Source: Antedon mediterranea
Lineage: Eukaryota; Animalia; Echinodermata
Direction: 5' to 3'
Assembly: GCF_964355755.1 (NCBI RefSeq)
Contig: NC_092673.1
Location: 19,961,648-20,025,647, forward strand
DNA length: 64,000 nt
A model generated the notes under the pieces. It did not search any database. It was not told the DNA's origin and saw only the letters and a program-made list of their open reading frames with translations. The translations under genes and the position numbers were made by a program. Positions 62,037-64,000 of this stretch are shown one piece after another. Position 1 is the first letter of the stretch. Each line of letters starts with the position of its first letter.

Positions 62037-62572
62037 TATTAATAATGTTATATATATTTTTTCTCTACCCCATGACTTATAAGAGAAAATTCTTGCATAG
62101 TATTAGTAGGCATGCTCAAGCAGCATAATTGTAATACGCATGATATAATCATTCACTTCACAATCTTTGTGCGATTTAATCGCTTAATTAAACTCATTAG
62201 TCGTTAAAGATGATAGATCAAAGAAACATACTATGTTGTGAGTCATAACTTGAAAATAATGTAGTCCAAACTATATGATTCTAGTTGGTATCTTTTACAT
62301 AACCCAATTTTTTTTATAGGTTAAAATAAACTACAAAAACTAATGTATTTTTTTAATAAGGCCCTGTCATAGGTATCATGTAAAATGAATAATAATGATT
62401 AATCGGCAGCACACGTGACTCATAATACACAAAATACTGTATAACACATTTCATGGTACCTGTAGTAGATTTTACCGATTTTAAATGATGTAAACTTTAT
62501 TTTGCATTTTTAACAATTTTTAATGTATTTGTTTTATCACATCTTGATATTAACTGTATCAAGGGGTGTAAT

Positions 62573-63103
62573 TGCTTCTTAATCAATGTCTGAAAAATTA
62601 ATAAATTTCCTCAAAATGACTTTGGGTATGAGACGGCTGATTAGGGCCTACATGTAGTCTCAATGCTAATTTCATTTAATATTCACAAACAATAAAATCT
62701 GAATTATGTAAATGTTTCATAATAGAAAATGCCTACAAAATAACAGGCAACAGTTCACAAAGTAAGGAAAATATGTTTTCTCCGTTTAACAGATAATCTA
62801 CTAATACTCACAGCTGTAGCTGACACTGTAGGCCTATATTTTCTACAATCTAAAAAATACAAGTAAAAACATTAATAATGGCAATAAACAACATAAAAAC
62901 TTTTTCCAAATCAACATGCTTCTTAATCAATGTCTGAAAAATTAAGAAATTTCCTCAAAATGACTTTGGGTATGGGCCGGCTGATTACATGTGGTCTCAA
63001 TGCTAATTTCATTTAATATTTTAATCACAAAAAATAAAATCTGAATTATGTAAATGTTTCATAATAGAAAATAATGCCTAAAAAATAAAAGGCAACAGTT
63101 CAC
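62573..63103. repeat. Two ~186-bp direct repeats (62573-62758, 62917-63103)
   Basis: Both run TGCTTCTTAATCAATGTCTGAAAAATTAA ... GGCAACAGTTCAC. Confidence 0.88.
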
Positions 63104-63309
63104 TCCCAATCATGAGGCCATTAATCATCTCTACAAATTATTTATTTTAATTCATGTACACTACTTACGATATTCTAGAGATTATGAAGTAAAAACAATG
63201 TTATTACACTATTGTTTATCTCTTCCAACAGCTACAAGACAAAAATATATTCTATAAAATATATTATAAAAATCAATACAAATTGTGATCAAAACAGCCA
63301 CAACATTTG

Positions 63310-63888
63310 GGCGCTAGTTCTGTTTCGCACCTGTCATTTATTTCGATTCAAAATTTGTTTAGTAACTTTATCGTGAGTACCACACCTTAGAATTAGGCCT
63401 CAAATACTTTTATGAAGGAGATCACACAAAAAGTAAAAAATAAATCCTTTAAATTGATGAATTTACAGACGTGTTTCTCGCACATCGGTTCGTGAATTTC
63501 GCATAGGCCTACGCCATGTTCAATGTTGTTGTGTCTATGGAGCGCCAATTGACATTGGCAAAATATATTAAAATTGAACGTAATTTTCACTAATAAATGC
63601 ATTAAATATACGCATTATAATAATTGAGTTTTCAGCTCTCTATTATGATTGCTCTTTTGGCGCTCCATAGAAACAACAACATTGAATGCAAAATTCACTA
63701 ACCGATGTGCGATAAGCACGTCTGTAAATTCATCAATTAAAAAAATTTATTTGTTACTTTTTGTGTGATCTTCTTCGTAAAAGTATTTTTGCGGCCTAAT
63801 TCTAAGTTGTGGTACTCACGATAAAGTTACTAGGCCTAAACAAATTTTGAGTCGAAATAAATGACAGGTGCGAAACGGAACTAGCGCC
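63310..63888. mobile_element. Foldback MITE with ~235-bp TIRs and an 8-bp TSD, probably Merlin superfamily (MULE not excluded)
   Basis: Arms 63310-63548 and 63657-63888 (GGCGCTAGTTC...GAACTAGCGCC); TSD AACATTTG at 63302-63309 and 63889-63896. GG termini with an 8-bp TSD fit Merlin/IS1016. Confidence 0.8.
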
Positions 63889-64000
63889 AACATTTGTAAC
63901 AATGAGATAAGACAGGTGCGAAAGGGAACTACGCTGACCTACACTAGTACTACTAGGACTACTAGACTGACCTACAACATGCTATAATTGTAAGCTCATT

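Noticed and set aside
63936-63980. CTAG-containing ACT-rich stretch as a possible Helentron terminus
   Set aside because: Low-complexity sequence with no subTIR or matching hairpin in front of the CTAGs.

Overview
AT-rich eukaryotic DNA, probably from an invertebrate animal, made almost entirely of rolling-circle transposons. Bases 1-~50.8 kb are an uninterrupted, single-orientation stack of about 35 non-autonomous Helentron/Helitron2-type elements (HINE-like, 1.15-1.65 kb). They fall into at least six related subfamilies, labelled A-F here (my own labels). A complete unit has a palindromic 5' subTIR head, a T-rich tract, a conserved body, a 3' subTIR, a hairpin and CTAG, with TT at the junctions. 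The array is not a simple tandem repeat. Orphan heads are stacked before intact elements and headless bodies follow them, and at least one split element can be rejoined base for base. This suggests that elements insert, in fixed orientation, about 25-46 nt downstream of the subTIR of a resident element, building a self-targeted nest. A canonical TC...CTAG Helitron (26686-27982, minus strand) sits in one unit. Beside the decayed right end of the array is an intact 3105-aa Helentron RepHel-endonuclease ORF (52221-61538, minus strand). It carries an N-terminal hydrophobic helix, a PHD finger, two deubiquitinase-like domains (herpes C76-like and OTU) and 18-aa basic repeats. The right end holds a triple-hairpin island, direct repeats, a Merlin-like MITE with an 8-bp TSD and recurrent TA-to-TAGG(G)CCTA micro-insertions. 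All alignments were done by eye; no searches were run.
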